From Pholidichthys leucotaenia (Eukaryota): a DNA stretch of 64,000 bases. The notes below the pieces were generated by a model that was not told where the DNA came from, searched no databases, and was given only the letters and a program-made list of their open reading frames with translations. Positions 36,422 through 51,359 of the stretch are shown here, one piece after another. The position numbers and the translations under genes are program-made. Each line of letters begins with the position of its first letter. Positions within the stretch are counted from its first letter, which is position 1. The DNA lies in NCBI GenBank assembly GCA_020510985.1, contig CM035838.1:342515700-342579699 (forward strand), written 5' to 3'.

Positions 36422-38907
36422 TCTATCTTTCATTTATGCCGGGGGAGGCTGTCCGTGCAGACCAGAGATCCACAGCTTTAAAGCTCATTGACCAGATGCA
36501 GTAATGATTTTACCTCTAAAGATGTATAAAATGTTCCAACACTGGCTGTAGTGTTAGATTTCCTCACTGTGTTTGTGGTTTTACAGAGTCCCCCCCTCCC
36601 CCCACGACGGGGTGCTTTTGAAGCAGGTGGATGTTTTTCAACACAAACCCAGCACTTCATGCACGTGGTCAGGACTGAGACATGGGGAGATGGAGGAAGG
36701 AACAGTATTGGAAACCTCGCGGGTGGGTGTTTTGTTTTTGTTTTTTTTTTTAAATCACACACTCCGTCTGCTGATGTGTTCTGTTAACACTCCTGTAAAC
36801 ACGGAAGTGAACACAGTGCAGCGATGCATTTGATTGGTTAGACTGAGCATTTCAGCGCCAGTCAAGAGATAAAATTGGTTGGTGAAATTGGCGGAAGTTG
36901 ACGAGGATGGCCAAAATTGCGGTGATTGGACAAAGTTGCAAAGTCGCACAATAGTTGTGCTGATTGGCTGATTTTGCGTGAATTGATGTGATCACAACAT
37001 CGCAAAATTCTGGAGGAACTGCATAAAGTACTGGTAAATGTATTCAGTACTTCTTCTTCCGGCTCCGAGAGAGAGCAGTCGCATTTTTCTGCCCTCCTCC
37101 TGTCTGCCTTCCTGACCTATTCCCAGCTTTGCAATGTTGCGTTTTTGTTTGTGTTTAGTCGCTCTTCTTCTGCTGAATCTTAATCTAAACGGAATTTATG
37201 GATTTGGAAGCGGCTTAAATGTGCTATTGTCACTATTTTTCAACAAGAACCGGGCCAAGGGGGAGCCCATGAATTGGAACCTGCATGATTTGATTGGAGA
37301 TGCAGAAGACATCTATTGGCTATGACACGGGATTCTATTTTTGGCCCTGGAGTTTCCTGATGTTTCAGAAATTGAGGAAGGTGGAGAGCTGTTCAAAATG
37401 CGGATCCAGGCAAGCTCCTTCACCAATTCGACCAGTTGGGGAGTGCACGAGGCGGCATGGTGAACTGAATGGAGATTCAGATGGTGGAATACATCTTGAA
37501 GTCGCCAGTGCTCTCCAGAGAATGTTAAAGTTTAAGCCTGCACATGGAAATTATGAAAGCACAGAATTGCACGGGTGAGGAAAAATCTATTCTCTGAGTG
37601 CACTGTGCAGATTTGACCTTGTCTTTGGTGCCCTTTATTTACATTCCTCCTGATGAAGATAAGCGGAAGGAGCGGCTCTGCCTGCTAACCCAAACAATCG
37701 ACACAATTGTTGTTGTTTCAGCAGATGAATGCTCAAGGATAGTGCACCATGTGACAATTTACCATCTGCAAGCAAGAGCGAGAGACTCTGGACTGCTTAG
37801 ATCACATGACTTTAACATCTATCCACTGCCAGGAGGCGCCCTCTGCTGTTCACTAGCAATTGACACACCTACACTACTGCATTCAACATTACACTACTGA
37901 TACAATTACTGATATATATTCACAATACACTGACTCTCTCAACTACTGCTTTGTCATTGTGTGATCTATTGTCTGCTAATTGTGCATTTGAGAGTTTTTT
38001 TCTTGTAATCAAAATTTTGGTCATAAAATGAGCTCTATTTTGATCAACAATGCTTTTTTCTCTCTCCTATTGCGTTTTTCCCTATCCTTCCCCCCCTCCC
38101 CCCTCTTTACCCCCCCCATATGACAGGTGCCTCGTCATGGCTGCTGCGTCATTGGGATGCGCCTTTCGTGCGCGCCCAAAGTCAAGTCAAATTCCTCGTA
38201 TGTTTACTTGTTTACTTGTAAATGTGCTTGGCAATAAATCTGATTCTGATTCTACTAGCAATTTACTTTATTAATATTCAAGCAGACAGAAAAAAGCAAA
38301 ATATCCAGATCTGAAATCCGAAAATCAACACAAAAATGAAAGCACTAAAGGTGCTACTGCCTCGGTGCTTGTGGCAGTCCACGCATGCAGGCTTGTGAAA
38401 TGTTTGTCATTTGTTTACAAGGGGAAGGGCACTGTTTTGCCTCCTCCATGTGCACGGGAGAAAACAGCCAGCATCACATACATATGTCAGTCACGTCCCA
38501 TTGACACGCCTATGATGCGGATTTCACCGTTACAACACACGAGCTGCACCCTCATTGGTCAACATGTCTCCTGGAAGGCGGTCTGTTCAATCCCATACAA
38601 TATGGCGTCGGGACATTAAACATTCTCTTATATCTTCAAAACTAAACAGCGAAACATGTTTCTGAAAACAACTGATGTGATAAATAAATGACGTAGTTGC
38701 CAAATGTGTATTTACTTTTCATTAACAACCACTATTTTAAGAAGTTCAGCATGTGATCCAACGGTTGACAGGAAGTTATATATGGTGCTGTATAAAAGTC
38801 ACACTGCCATCTGCTGGCCCGGCACAGTTCTTCTTGAAAGTTTTGATCCACAAGAACCTTTAAGGTGAACGAATCATGACATTTTTTGACAAAGCCTCAT
38901 CTTGAAA

Positions 38908-39232
38908 TTATCTATCCATCTTCTTCCGCTTAATTCTTTTCGGGTCGTGGGGGGGCTGGAGCCTATCCCAGCATCTTTGTGCAAGAGGCAGGGTACACCC
39001 TGGACAGATCGCCAGTCCATCGCAGGGCCAACACAGAGAGACAGACAACCATTCACTCTCACAGTCATACCTAAGGACAATTTAGAATCCCCAGTTTGAT
39101 GCCAATTAACCTAACTTGCATGCTTCTGGCATGTGGGAGGAAACCGGAGAAATCCCGGCGTAAACCCACGCAGACACGGGGAGAACATGCAAACTCCACA
39201 CAGATCACTGTTGGTCGGGGGCTGGGATCTTG
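38908..39232 (-). mobile_element. tRNA-derived SINE (same family as the one at 20015)
   Basis: Reverse complement of the SINE consensus (ccatccatcttcttccgcttaat...cccagcatctttg...gggtacaccctggaca). Confidence 0.75.
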
Positions 39233-39772
39233 AAATTACTTTGAAATTAAAAGTCCAGAAAACATGGCGATGCATTGATAAAAGCCTTTAATTCCACCTG
39301 ACTTTCACTGGGCGAGCTGAAAACCTGGTAACAGACAGATCGATACGCACACAGATACATGGACACACTACCATATACCTACTTTGCTCATGCGTACCAA
39401 GGCATAACAAACTATTTTCTTTCAGGCATGCACTCTTTTCGGATGAACATTTAATATAAGTCAACAACATTTGAGCAACAGGTTTGACATCACATTAACA
39501 GAATGATATAATTTAGTTCATGCTTGAAAAGGGCTTCTTAATGGTCCAAGTTTGTTCATTCGGAGAAGTGGCACCAAGTTTTAAATAAAGTAAAATTAGA
39601 TGGAAATGGGCTTAAAGCCACTGCAGCTGAAGGCATTACCAAAAAAATACCTTTGTTGTGTTTTCACATATAGGTCAGAGAATTATTCAACATCTTATGT
39701 AGATTAGAAATGCTACTTAGCTTTAAGCCTTTTTTTTTTGCTCTGAACAAGACAAATAAGGGGTGGAGTTAC

Positions 39773-39867
39773 CTTGTCAGTCAGGATGAACGCGTTTACA
39801 ATGTCGATGACCTCTTCATGGGCGCCTGGAAGATACGCTCCCACCTTTCTGACCAGCCACTCCTCAC
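39773..39867 (-). CDS. mvp: MVP exon: (G)[31 protein letters not shown]
   Basis: Acceptor gtgtggtacag|GTGAGGAG, donor GACAAG|gtaact. Matches human [32 protein letters not shown]. About 10.2 kb of TE-rich intron lies upstream of this exon. Confidence 0.85.
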
Positions 39868-40751
39868 CTGTACCACACACACACAGGACAGATGAAACAC
39901 AGCTCATGATAGGAAGGGGGAAATGACTGGGATTTAGTCCTTTAAAGTCATTTAAATTAGCAGAGGGCTATTAATTTGTTTGAGGTTTTTGTTTTACATT
40001 TATTGAAGCACTGAAGCTACAAAAAATAAGCTTATAAAACAAAACATAAGATCATTTATCTATTATCACATTTTTAAATGTACATACTGTAATACAGGGT
40101 ATCAACATAAGACACTTAAGAGAAGCTGTTACTTTAATATAAAAAACAGAACCATTGTGACAGTAGTTTAGCATTTCATATTTGTATTGAAATATTCTAA
40201 AACAAGGTTTTATTCATTTTGATCACTTAAATAAAATACTTAAACTAAAAACTTTGCAGATATGAATTGAGTTACTTGGACAAGGTAAACTGGGTCATGC
40301 CTTCTTTTCACTTTGATAATTTACCATTGTATATGATTTATAAAATTCTGCGTGGCTGCGTTTACAATGTCGGTACCACTCAGCGCAATGTGACACCCTC
40401 TTGGCAAGGTGTCCTGAATGAATCGACAACAAAGCATTGCCAAGATGGCCGCAGTGCATCTTGTTGTTGCTGTTGTATGATGGGCGTTGGCTCAAGTTGA
40501 GCTCGTCTATCCTTTTATAGGTCTTGTTTTTCATCCTGCTGGATGTCATGCAGCACTCCTCACCAGCACAAAGCTGGTAGGGGAGCTGTTTTAGACGACT
40601 ACCCATCCGTGTGGCAGGTTGCACTGGGTTACACTGCCAGCAGTAGCAGTCTATCTAGACCCTGACCGGACACTGGTTATATGGTTTATAACATTTACAT
40701 TAAACTACACAAAACCTTGTACCTGCACATAACCCATAATCTACAGAAACG

Positions 40752-42346
<1,595 letters not shown>

Positions 42347-42934
42347 CAATTTTGTCCATGTGTGCTGGTCACAACTTTCTGCACACGGAGTACACAGCTT
42401 CAATTTCCACCAAACCCAACAAAAACAGTTTATTATAGTTCTACTTAAAGCTGCAATCATATTTCATGGTTCATGAAGCTCAGATGCCTGATCACCAGCG
42501 CACACATTTACTACACTAGTCAACAGCCGTATGTCCATTGCAAGATCTTGGAACAGACTTTACGGGAACCGATGGTGCGTGTCTCCACCATCAAACCATC
42601 CCCTGTAATTGGAAGTTTTCAGGAACTCGTAGGGGCCAACAGTAGCAGACTCAGACATGGGCCATGTGGGCAAGTGCCCGGGGCACAGTTCTTTTGAGGC
42701 CACCATGAGAATCAAAAGAATAAAAATAATAAGAGACTGATAAATATGTGTGCCGAGTGTGTATTTGTGGCAAATGGGCGCCCTCTACAGGTGGGATGCC
42801 GGCGCCCTCTGGTTGCGGATGGCAGACTCCATAGATCAAACTCCAGTATGGCCCATTCAAAGCGCAGCAAAGAAAATTAACAAAAAAAAAAAAAAATGTT
42901 AAAAGTAGTTTTTTCTTAGATTATGCAGCAGTTT

Positions 42935-43085
42935 TAACTTGAGCTCTAAAATGGCTACATTTGGTCATCACAGCTTTTGTTATGTAACAATTTTTCTACA
43001 ATGTGTTGTAGTCATTGGAGAAAAATTGTTACATAACATAAGCTGTGATAACCAAATGTAGCCATTTTAGAGCTCAAGTTAAAAC
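42935..43085. repeat. Palindrome with arms of about 65 bp (ttaacttgagctctaaaatggctacatttggt.atcacagctt..ttatgtaacaatttttc / reverse complement) and a loop of about 20 bp
   Basis: Direct inspection shows the reverse-complement arms. Confidence 0.75.
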
Positions 43086-43098
43086 CTGTTGTAGTCAG

Positions 43099-43483
43099 GG
43101 CGGTGCGGTGGCAGAGTGGTTAGCACTGCAGCAGCACAGCAACTCACCCTTAGCCGGGGGATCCCGGGTTCGATAACAGCCCCTGACCAACAATGATTTG
43201 TGTGGAGTTTGCATGTTCTCCCCATGTCTGCGTGGGTTTACTCCAGGATTTCCTCCCACATCCCAAAAACATGCAAGTTGGGTTAATTGGCATCAACCGG
43301 GGATTCTAAATTGTCCTTAGATATGAATGTGAGAGTGAATGGTCTTCTGTCTCTCTGTTCTGTGTTGGCCCTGTGATGGACTGGCGATCAGGGTGTACCC
43401 TGCCTCTCGCCCAAAGATGCTGGGATAGGCTCCAGCACCCCTGCGACCTGAAAAGGATTAAGCGGAAGAAGATGGATAGATGG
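43099..43483 (+). mobile_element. tRNA-derived SINE with 12-bp TSD TGTTGTAGTCAG
   Basis: The head gcggtgcggtggcagagtggttagcactgcag...gggttcgat and the body are shared with the other copies. The identical 12-mer lies at 43087-43098 and 43484-43495. Confidence 0.8.
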
Positions 43484-44382
43484 TGTTGTAGTCAGCTTCA
43501 GTTTAGTGACCACATGAATTAATTTCAGGGCTGTGCAGAGACCATTTGAGAGGCAGGGGTGCAAATTAATTAAAAAAAAAAAAAAAAAGGCACACGGAAT
43601 GAGATTTGTTGAAAATATATGTCAGCTTTATGTGTTACTTAATTGGTGTCCATTTTACTTCAATAACTATACACTCATTGACATATTTAATACCCCATGG
43701 ACTTTTTCAAATTATCAACTGCGACAGAGACCATGGTCTTCATCATTAATTACGTAAAGGTCAATGACAAAAAAAAAAAAAAAAAATGGTCAGCTTCCAT
43801 TGAAAAATGATTCTTTTCAAAATAAAAACATCTTTGCAAAAATCTGGAAAAAAAGCTTTTCTTTCAATAATAATTAAAACTTCATTCAAATGACTAAATC
43901 ATTGCAAAAAAAATTTAAAAAGGCCATTCACCTAGTCCACAAAATGAGCCCAAACCATCCCCTCTGTTAAACTGCCGCCCTCCATCTCCACAAAGACTGC
44001 AAGGATAGTTTATACAAGAAAACGTAGTACGGGGCATCTCAATAAATTAAAATGTCATTGAAAAGTTGATTTATTTCAGTAATTCAGTTAACCTTTTAAC
44101 TGCCCCAGGCACCGTATGGCGACAGGGATGGTTAAAGGGTGGTCAAGGCCCCTAGTGGTCAAGAGTGGTAAAAAATTTTGTCAATAAAATAGTTCAGATT
44201 TCCAAGGCTATAACTTGGAAGCTACAAGAGATAATGGCTTACTGTCAATTAGAAAGATGTAGAATATGATCCAAAGTTTCAGATGGGAATAAATTTACGC
44301 ATCTAATTTGCATAATGTCACGGCAGCTATATAAATTACATAACTCAGTCAAAATTGGACTTTGGACACATTTACACAAAGA

Positions 44383-44500
44383 ATGGACTGGCGATCTGTC
44401 CAGGGTGTACCCAGCCTCTCGCCCAAAGATGCTGGGATAGGCTCCAACCCCCCGCCACCCGAAAAGGATTAAGCGGAAGAAGATGGATGGATGGATGGTC
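44383..44500 (+). mobile_element. 5'-truncated SINE fragment (3' part only)
   Basis: ggactggcgatctgtccagggtgtacccagcctctcgcccaaagatgctgggataggctcc...ggattaagcggaagaagatggatgg. Confidence 0.65.
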
Positions 44501-44654
44501 CGGGTTTTTTTTACGCCTTTTTGTCTACAGGGGTCTGTTTTTATCAAATCTTCAAAGTATATGAACCAGAAAATCAATAAAATGTGAAAAAAAACATATT
44601 TCTCATTAACCTGTTGCCGGGAGGGGAAGGTTCGTTCGCCCACGTGACCGGTCC

Positions 44655-44965
44655 GTTTTCGTCCATTGTGGTCGATGTTTTGCGTTTGCTCGGTCATTTA
44701 CACTCTCTACCACATGTACAAACTCTTATGATTATCCCACATGAATTTTGTTTGTATTACACGGCTATTTTTCCTGTTTGGTGCATTTTTCCCATGAGAA
44801 TGCATGACGATCGTGGGCACCGCCACCTTGGTACCGGTAGCTCAGTTTTTCGCCCATAGTGGTCGAGGTTTCGTGTTTGGTCAGTCATTTACACTTGTAC
44901 AAACTCTTATGATTATCCCACATGAATTTCGTTTGTATTACACAGATATTTTTCCTGTATATATA
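44655..44965. repeat. Tandem duplication of a unit of about 190 bp (cattgtggtcga.gtttt.cgtttg.tc.gtcatttacac...caaactcttatgattatcccacatgaatttt)
   Basis: Two units by inspection, immediately upstream of LINE copy B. Confidence 0.6.
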
Positions 44966-45159
44966 CACACATATATATTTTCCATGTCAGCCATCATTCC
45001 TTCGGCACGTGTCTGCCACCTTGTAAACTGTCCGATAAATAGAGATTAGTACAAATTCTCAGTATAGCCGGGGGACGTCAGTAAGTTGTCAAGTGCAGTT
45101 GCTGTGCCACTGGGGGCGCGTGACCCATCCATTTAATCTGGGCGGTTACACACTTTATA

Positions 45160-47988
45160 CATCACGGACACACAGATCGCCCCAAATGTCTCCCGAGCCG
45201 GTGGACGGAGCCACTGTTTACAGCAGGAGACGGTACAGCAGGGAACAGCTGCTTGCACTTGATCGCCACTCGGTGCTAACGGAAAAACTCGACGTACCGG
45301 GAGAAATAAGGCGAAAACGACGTGATTGTCGGGCTGGTGTTAGACGGTGGACAAGGAATATAAGGTACAGACCCACCCTCCCATCCGTTGTTATGGGGAA
45401 TGTACGATCTACGTATATTGGGAAAGGTAGATGAGCTAGCGGCTATCTCCCGCTACGATAGCATATACCGGGAGTGCTCCCTCCTTTTGTTTACCGAGAC
45501 GTGGCTAACTGAACTAGTAGCAGATGCTAACATTGAGCTGGAGGGTTTCCACGCTGGCTGTTTTGAAACCACCGCCTGGGAGCAGCTCTGCGATCCACAT
45601 GGTGAGGACATCGATGGCCTCACTCACACCATCACGGACTACATCAGCTTCTGTGTGGACAACACCGTTCCCACCAAGACCATACAGTGTTGCTCAAACA
45701 ACAAACCCTGGATCAACCCTGTGATAAAAACACTTCTGAGAGAGAAGAAGAGGATCTTCAGGTCGGGGAGCAGGGAGATGCTGAAGTCCGTACAGAGGGA
45801 GCTGAGGAGAAAGATCAGAGAAGGCAAGGACAGCTTCAGGAAGAAGATGGAGGACAAGCTGCAACAGAGCGACATCAGCGGGGTCTGGAGAAACCTTAAA
45901 ACCATCTCTGGGCTCCAGAATACCTCCCCCCAGGCCACGGGGGGCAGGGAGTGGGCGAACAATCTGAATCTGTTTTTTAATAGGTTTGACCAACCGCCCT
46001 CCCCCCCCCGACTGCACAACAACCACTGCTGCCTCTGAAGACATCAAGTCCTGCTGCCCACTCCCCACTCCACCATCACCCCCCCACTCCCAACACACAG
46101 CCCCCCAACCTGACCGTCACTAAGACCCAGGTGAGGACAGAGCTGAGGAAGATCAAGGCGAGGAAGGCGTTGGGACCGGACGGCATCAGTGCAAAGCTCC
46201 TCATGTCCTGTGCAGACACATGTGTCCTGTGTGGGATTGTGGAGTACATCTTCAACCTGAGCCTGAAGCTGGGGAGGGTACCACAGTTGTGGAAAACACC
46301 TTGTGTGGTACCTGTACCAAAGACTTCCCACCCCAAAGATCTGAACAGCTACAGACCAGTGGCCCTGACGTCCCACATGATGAAGACCCTGGAGAGACTG
46401 CTCCTTGCTCACCTCCGCCCCCTGGTGGGACCAGCAATGGATCCACTCCAGTTCGCCTACCAGCATGGTATTGGGGTGGAGGATGCGGTCATCTTCCTCC
46501 TTCACCGTTCTCTGTCCCACCTGGAGAAGCCCGGGAATGCAGTGAGGATCATGTTCTTTGACTTCTCCAGTGCTTTCAACACCATCCAACCGATGATCCT
46601 GAAGGACAAGCTGCTGTGCGCAGAGGGTGGACCAGCACCTGTCATCATGGATCCTGGACTACCTCACAAACCGGCCACAGTTTGTGAGAACCCGGGACTG
46701 TGTGTCCGACACAATTATCGGTAGCACGGGGGCCCCCCAGGGAACGGTTTTGGCTCCCTTCCTGTTCACCCTTTATACTGCGGACTTCTCACACAACACA
46801 ACACACTGCCATCTACAGAAGTTCTCTGACGACTCTGCGATCGTTGGCCTCATCTCCAACGGAGATGAAGCTGAGTACAGAGGGCTTATCCAGGACTTTG
46901 TGGACTGGTGCCATCGAAACTGCCTCCAGATCAACGCGAGGAAAACTAAGGAGCTGGTGGTGGACTGCCGCAGGCAAGGACAGCCCCTCACAGCACCAGT
47001 AAACATCCAGGGAACAGACTTTGAGATGGTGACATCCTACAAGTACCTGGGTGTTCATCTGAACAATAAACTAGACTGGTCACACAATACTGACGCACTC
47101 TACAAGAAGGGACAGCGCAGGCTGTTCCTACTGAGGAGACTCAGGTCTTTTGGTGTACAAGGGGTGCTGCTGAAGACATTCTACGACACGGTGGTGGCAT
47201 CAGCCATCACTTTTGGAGTGGTCTGCTGGGGCAGTGGCATTACAGCAGCCGATAGGAAGAGACTGAACAAACTGATCAAGAAAGCTAGCTCTGTCCTGGG
47301 GCAGCGCCTTGACCCAGTGGAGGAGATGCGAGAGAGAAGGATGGTGGCTAAACTGTCATCTCTGCTGGAGTCCGAGTTCCACCCTATGCAGGACACACTG
47401 AATGCACTGAGGAGCTCATTTAGCAGCAGACTACATCATCCTAGGTGCACAACCGAGAGGTTTTGCAGGTCCTCCCTACCAACGGCTGTCAGACTGTATA
47501 ACCTAAGCAGGGCTGCTCGCAGAGATAGCAAAAAGGCGTGACAACCTAATAGTACTGAATGCAAAAGGCGCAATAGACTTACACAATGGTCCCCTCCGGT
47601 ATACAACTAGGAAAATACCGGTAGCTACGGAGGGTGACAATATGTATGGGTACATAATCATACCATGTAGGATAACTAAGTAGACAGTTATGCTGTTTCA
47701 TTCCATCTAGCTACAATGCTCTGCACTGTGTGCGTTTATATATTCATATATTTATTCCATCTAGCTACAATGCTCCGCACTGTGTTTATATATCTATATA
47801 TTTATTCCATCTAGCTACAATGCTCCGCACCGTGTGTCTATATATTTATGTTTATATGTACATATGTATACTCGCTGCTCTTGTTTTTTTCTTGCCTTCT
47901 GATTGTTGCTCTGAGTGTTGCTATCCCTGTGCTGTTGCAATCCTGGAATTTCCCCATTGTGGGACTAATAAAGGCTTATCTTATCTTA
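45160..47988 (+). mobile_element. LINE copy B (same family as 11653-15247) with an internal deletion in the endonuclease region and a frameshifted RT
   Basis: Same 5' end (tatacatcacggacacacagatcgcc). ORF fragments at 45093-45434, 45388-46038, 46131-46724 and 46627-47541 are 85-90% identical to copy A. The 3'UTR has only 3 satellite units and ends in cttatcttatctta. Confidence 0.8.
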
Positions 47989-48182
47989 AAGGGTTAAAAG
48001 TGCATGCCCATAGAAACCAAGTATAAGCAAGTATTTGCATGCCCGTAGAAAGGAGGTGTAAGCAAGCATTACATAACATTATTATTATTATTTGTATTTG
48101 TATCTTGTATACTTTATTGATCACCAGAGGAAAATTCAGGGCTTCCATGGTACAGCGCCGATCCCTTCACCAGTGTCTCACT

Positions 48183-48185
<3 letters not shown>

Positions 48186-48216
<31 letters not shown>
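48186..48216. repeat. (CA)n microsatellite
   Basis: Visible run. Confidence 0.95.
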
Positions 48217-48219
<3 letters not shown>

Positions 48220-48559
48220 CAGAATGACCCATTTGGCTGCAAGTTTTGCATCAGTGTTGCCCATTTGTCTGTAAATATTTAAATAAAAATTATTTATTTC
48301 GTTATTTGGACATTTTTGTGTCTTGCTGTCATTTAGTCAAAGCGTGTGTCCACATGTAACATGCAGTTCATCTGGTCATTCTGCTCCACAGTGAAGCAGC
48401 AGTCGGGACTTTCGTCTACCACTGGCTAGGCAGGCTGAGCGTGCCTCCCTCTGAACATTCGTGGAGCGCACAGTGGGACATCGGTGTTGGCCGGTTAACG
48501 GGAGTCTCGGCTGCTGCCTTACCCATGTGCCAGTGATGTCAATGCGGCACCACGGGTCC

Positions 48560-49060
48560 CCGGCAGTCCTCCCCCCCCGCACCTTGTGTTCGCTATGGCA
48601 AATATATCCATTAGATCTATGCAACTTTATGGTATATATTTTGACTCACCGGCACCATACTCGTGGATGCGTGGGTCCCGGGCAGTGCACCCCCCCCCAA
48701 AACACATACACACCTCGTGTTCTCTATGGCAAATATATCCATTAGACCGACGCAACTTTATGGTATATAGCAGCTCCATACTAGTGGATGCACGGGTCCT
48801 TGGCAGCGCCCCCCCCCCCCCCCACCGCATTCTGTATGGCGAATACACAACTTTATGGTATATATTTTGACTGAGCGGCTCCATACTCATGGATGCACTC
48901 CCTCGTAGCCTCAGCAGCAAGCGTTGTGGTGACTGACAGGTTGTGATGCCTGACAGGTTGTGATGCTGTGTTATCCAGTCAGCATGGTCGTGATGCCGTG
49001 TATTGTCCAATCAGCATGGCGGTGATGTGGCGTATTCGCCAATGAGCACAAAGTCAATTC
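48560..49060. repeat. Unclassified tandem repeat of about 130 bp, 3 units (tctatggcaaatatatccattaga...caactttatggtatata...ccatactcgtggatgc..gggtcc), followed by short repeats caggttgtgatgc and cagcatggtcgtgatgccgtgtat
   Basis: Direct visual periodicity. Confidence 0.6.
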
Positions 49061-50112
49061 GAAACCCCGCCCACGCTTCTTGAAGCCAGGGGGTGAAAAC
49101 AGAGTGGTCACACAGCGGTGGCTCAACTTTTATTGATAAAAATTACATATTTTGACTGAGTGACTCCATATTTGGGGATGCACACCCTCGTAGCTTCAGC
49201 AAAGCACGTTTAAAATCTTAGGTCAGTGTGACAAACGGTTTGAGAGATATCTGAGGAACAAGCACACACAGACACACAAACCAAGAGGTGTCTTGAATTT
49301 ATAGCTAGAGAAAAAGTAAAAAAAAAAAAAATGTTTAAAAAAAATATATGTGTGGGGGGGAGAGTGGTGCACCGGGGAGACAGTTCGACCAGGGCGTCAT
49401 ACAAGCCAGGACCACCCCTGGGGGCCAAAATAAGTCCCTGGTCTAGGGTAGATAGTTTACCCAGAAAACTGCTGGGTAGGTTTTGAAATCAACTCCGGAT
49501 ATACAGTAGCTCAGCATCATGATGTAAACGGAATAGAAGCCATGTTGTACAATGCCTAAAAATTTTAAATCTAATACCGCCATGACTGCGGAGGGAACCA
49601 CTCAGATTTAATAACACGGCATATTCAAGTTGTGTGGCCACACAATGGGAGGGCATTGCATAAGACTGGCAGCTCACGCTGTCCATAGTAAGGAAGTGGA
49701 ATGTCTGGCCACACAGCTATGCCCTATAATTGATCCGTTCCTCCTAAATCTTTAATAACGGCAGCAAGTTGGTCCCATGCCCTCCACTGTAGTCATTTGG
49801 TGCATAATCATTTCTGTATGATTGCAATGCATTCTGAACAATGCAGTTTAACTGCGTCAGAGATGAAACTGTCAATTACATTAAAAAAAAAAAAAAAACA
49901 CCTTGGAGATGTTTGGGTCCTACCCCCACCAATGGAAATATTTCAGGGGACTTGATGTAGGAACAGGCCTTACCAAAGTTCCTGATCCTAAAAATTAGTT
50001 TACAGTTTCTGCAACAATGGGTTTCCAGTTCTGCCAGTGGAAACTGGGCTTGCATCAGTTTAACAGAATCACACATTTGGCATTTCTCTATACTCCAGCA
50101 CGAGTTTGGTAC

Positions 50113-50244
50113 CTGTGACTCTGTTGACTCCACTTCGGTCCTTGCCCTCTTTGCGAGCCCTCAGTCTGATGGCCTGGTTCTCCCTGATCACCGTGGCCTT
50201 GATCGTCTCCAGCACGGCCACCTCCTTCCTCGGGATGTAGGTCC
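50113..50244 (-). CDS. mvp: MVP exon: (G)[43 protein letters not shown](G)
   Basis: Acceptor tgtttgtttcag|GGACCTAC, donor ACAG|gtacca. Matches human [32 protein letters not shown]. Confidence 0.85.
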
Positions 50245-50372
50245 CTGAAACAAACATTTTTATTGGATATTTACAAAAATTTAAAGATCCAAAATCAAGG
50301 GGGGACTCTGCCATTTAACAACCAGTCCACCCTCTTTGAAAGCAACTATATTTGAGCCCAGATTGGACATGC

Positions 50373-50496
50373 CTGGTCCTTCAAACAGCCACTCGTCTCC
50401 AGCTATCCTCTTCTCTCCTCCTTCCTCCTCAAAGTCTAGCAGAGCCTGCAGACGAAGAGCGGTGTCTGGATACACAATCTGCAGCGGGGTCACGTC
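50373..50496 (-). CDS. mvp: MVP exon: [41 protein letters not shown](G)
   Basis: Acceptor tttttcttgcag. The 3' end, GGA CCA G|gcatgt, is the only position that keeps the frame into the next exon, which implies a GC donor. Confidence 0.8.
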
Positions 50497-51163
50497 CTGC
50501 AAGAAAAATACAGTACATCAGCTCAGGAAACGGAAACTACCACTTCAGTATAAAGAGTTGCTTTTAATATTAACCTGTTGAACTCTGTTCAACTTCCCTA
50601 AAAATAACATGCCCAAAGTAAATCAAAAGCTGTTCTTCAACCCTTTGCAGCATCTTCATGGGGTTAGTCTCATTTAAAAGAAAACACTTTGAATTTTTGG
50701 CAAAACAGTCATAATATCTCTAAGTGCTCCTGCCACTGAATAACAAGAAAGTTCACCTGGGTGTTTTTTTAGATACAAATGCTTGCAAATAACATACAGC
50801 TGTCAGATACTGGCTGGAAAACACAACAGAAATGTAGAACCAAGTGTTTTCAAGCTCAGGTCAAAATTTTGTAAAAATACCACAAAAAATGAATATATTA
50901 CACAGCTTTTTTCTCAAGTTGTAACAAGGCTGTGTCTGTACTGGGAGACCGGAAATACAGCTTTTTTTTTTTTTTTTCAGTGCGCACTGAGACGCACTAA
51001 GATGCAGAGACGTGACCGCCCGCGGAATTCACAGAGTTCAAGGGGTTAATGTTTTTTTTCTTGCAGGCCTCATAATAATATAATGATACTAATATAATTT
51101 AGGCATTATAATGGAAATCTGATTACAAATTAAAAAAAAAAAAAAAAAAAAACTCCTTCTGAC

Positions 51164-51359
51164 CTGCTGAATCTCCTCTCCAGGGTACAAAGGGAACGGG
51201 TCCTGAGCCAGGCGGATCTCCAGGTCAGCGTGGCGAAGCTTGGCCTGACCAGACTGATCAAAGAGGACCTGACCGTTGTCATCACGGGCCACGGGGTTGG
51301 AGATCACACAATAGTGACGTGGCGGCACCATGATCATCCGCACGGGAGCGAAGAGAACT
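51164..51359 (-). CDS. mvp: MVP exon: [65 protein letters not shown]
   Basis: Acceptor ttttatttcccag, donor CAG|gtcaga. Colinear with the first MVP repeat domain (human: VLFAPMRMVTVPPRHYC...[13 protein letters not shown]). Confidence 0.85.

Noticed and set aside
36540-36800. Overlapping plus- and minus-strand ORFs of 78-94 aa.
   Set aside because: The region is low-complexity (poly-C, poly-T and CA runs) with no coding signature.
44245-44697. Minus-strand 150-aa ORF.
   Set aside because: It runs through a SINE fragment and flanking AT-rich sequence. It has no domain signature and is part of a TE-derived region.
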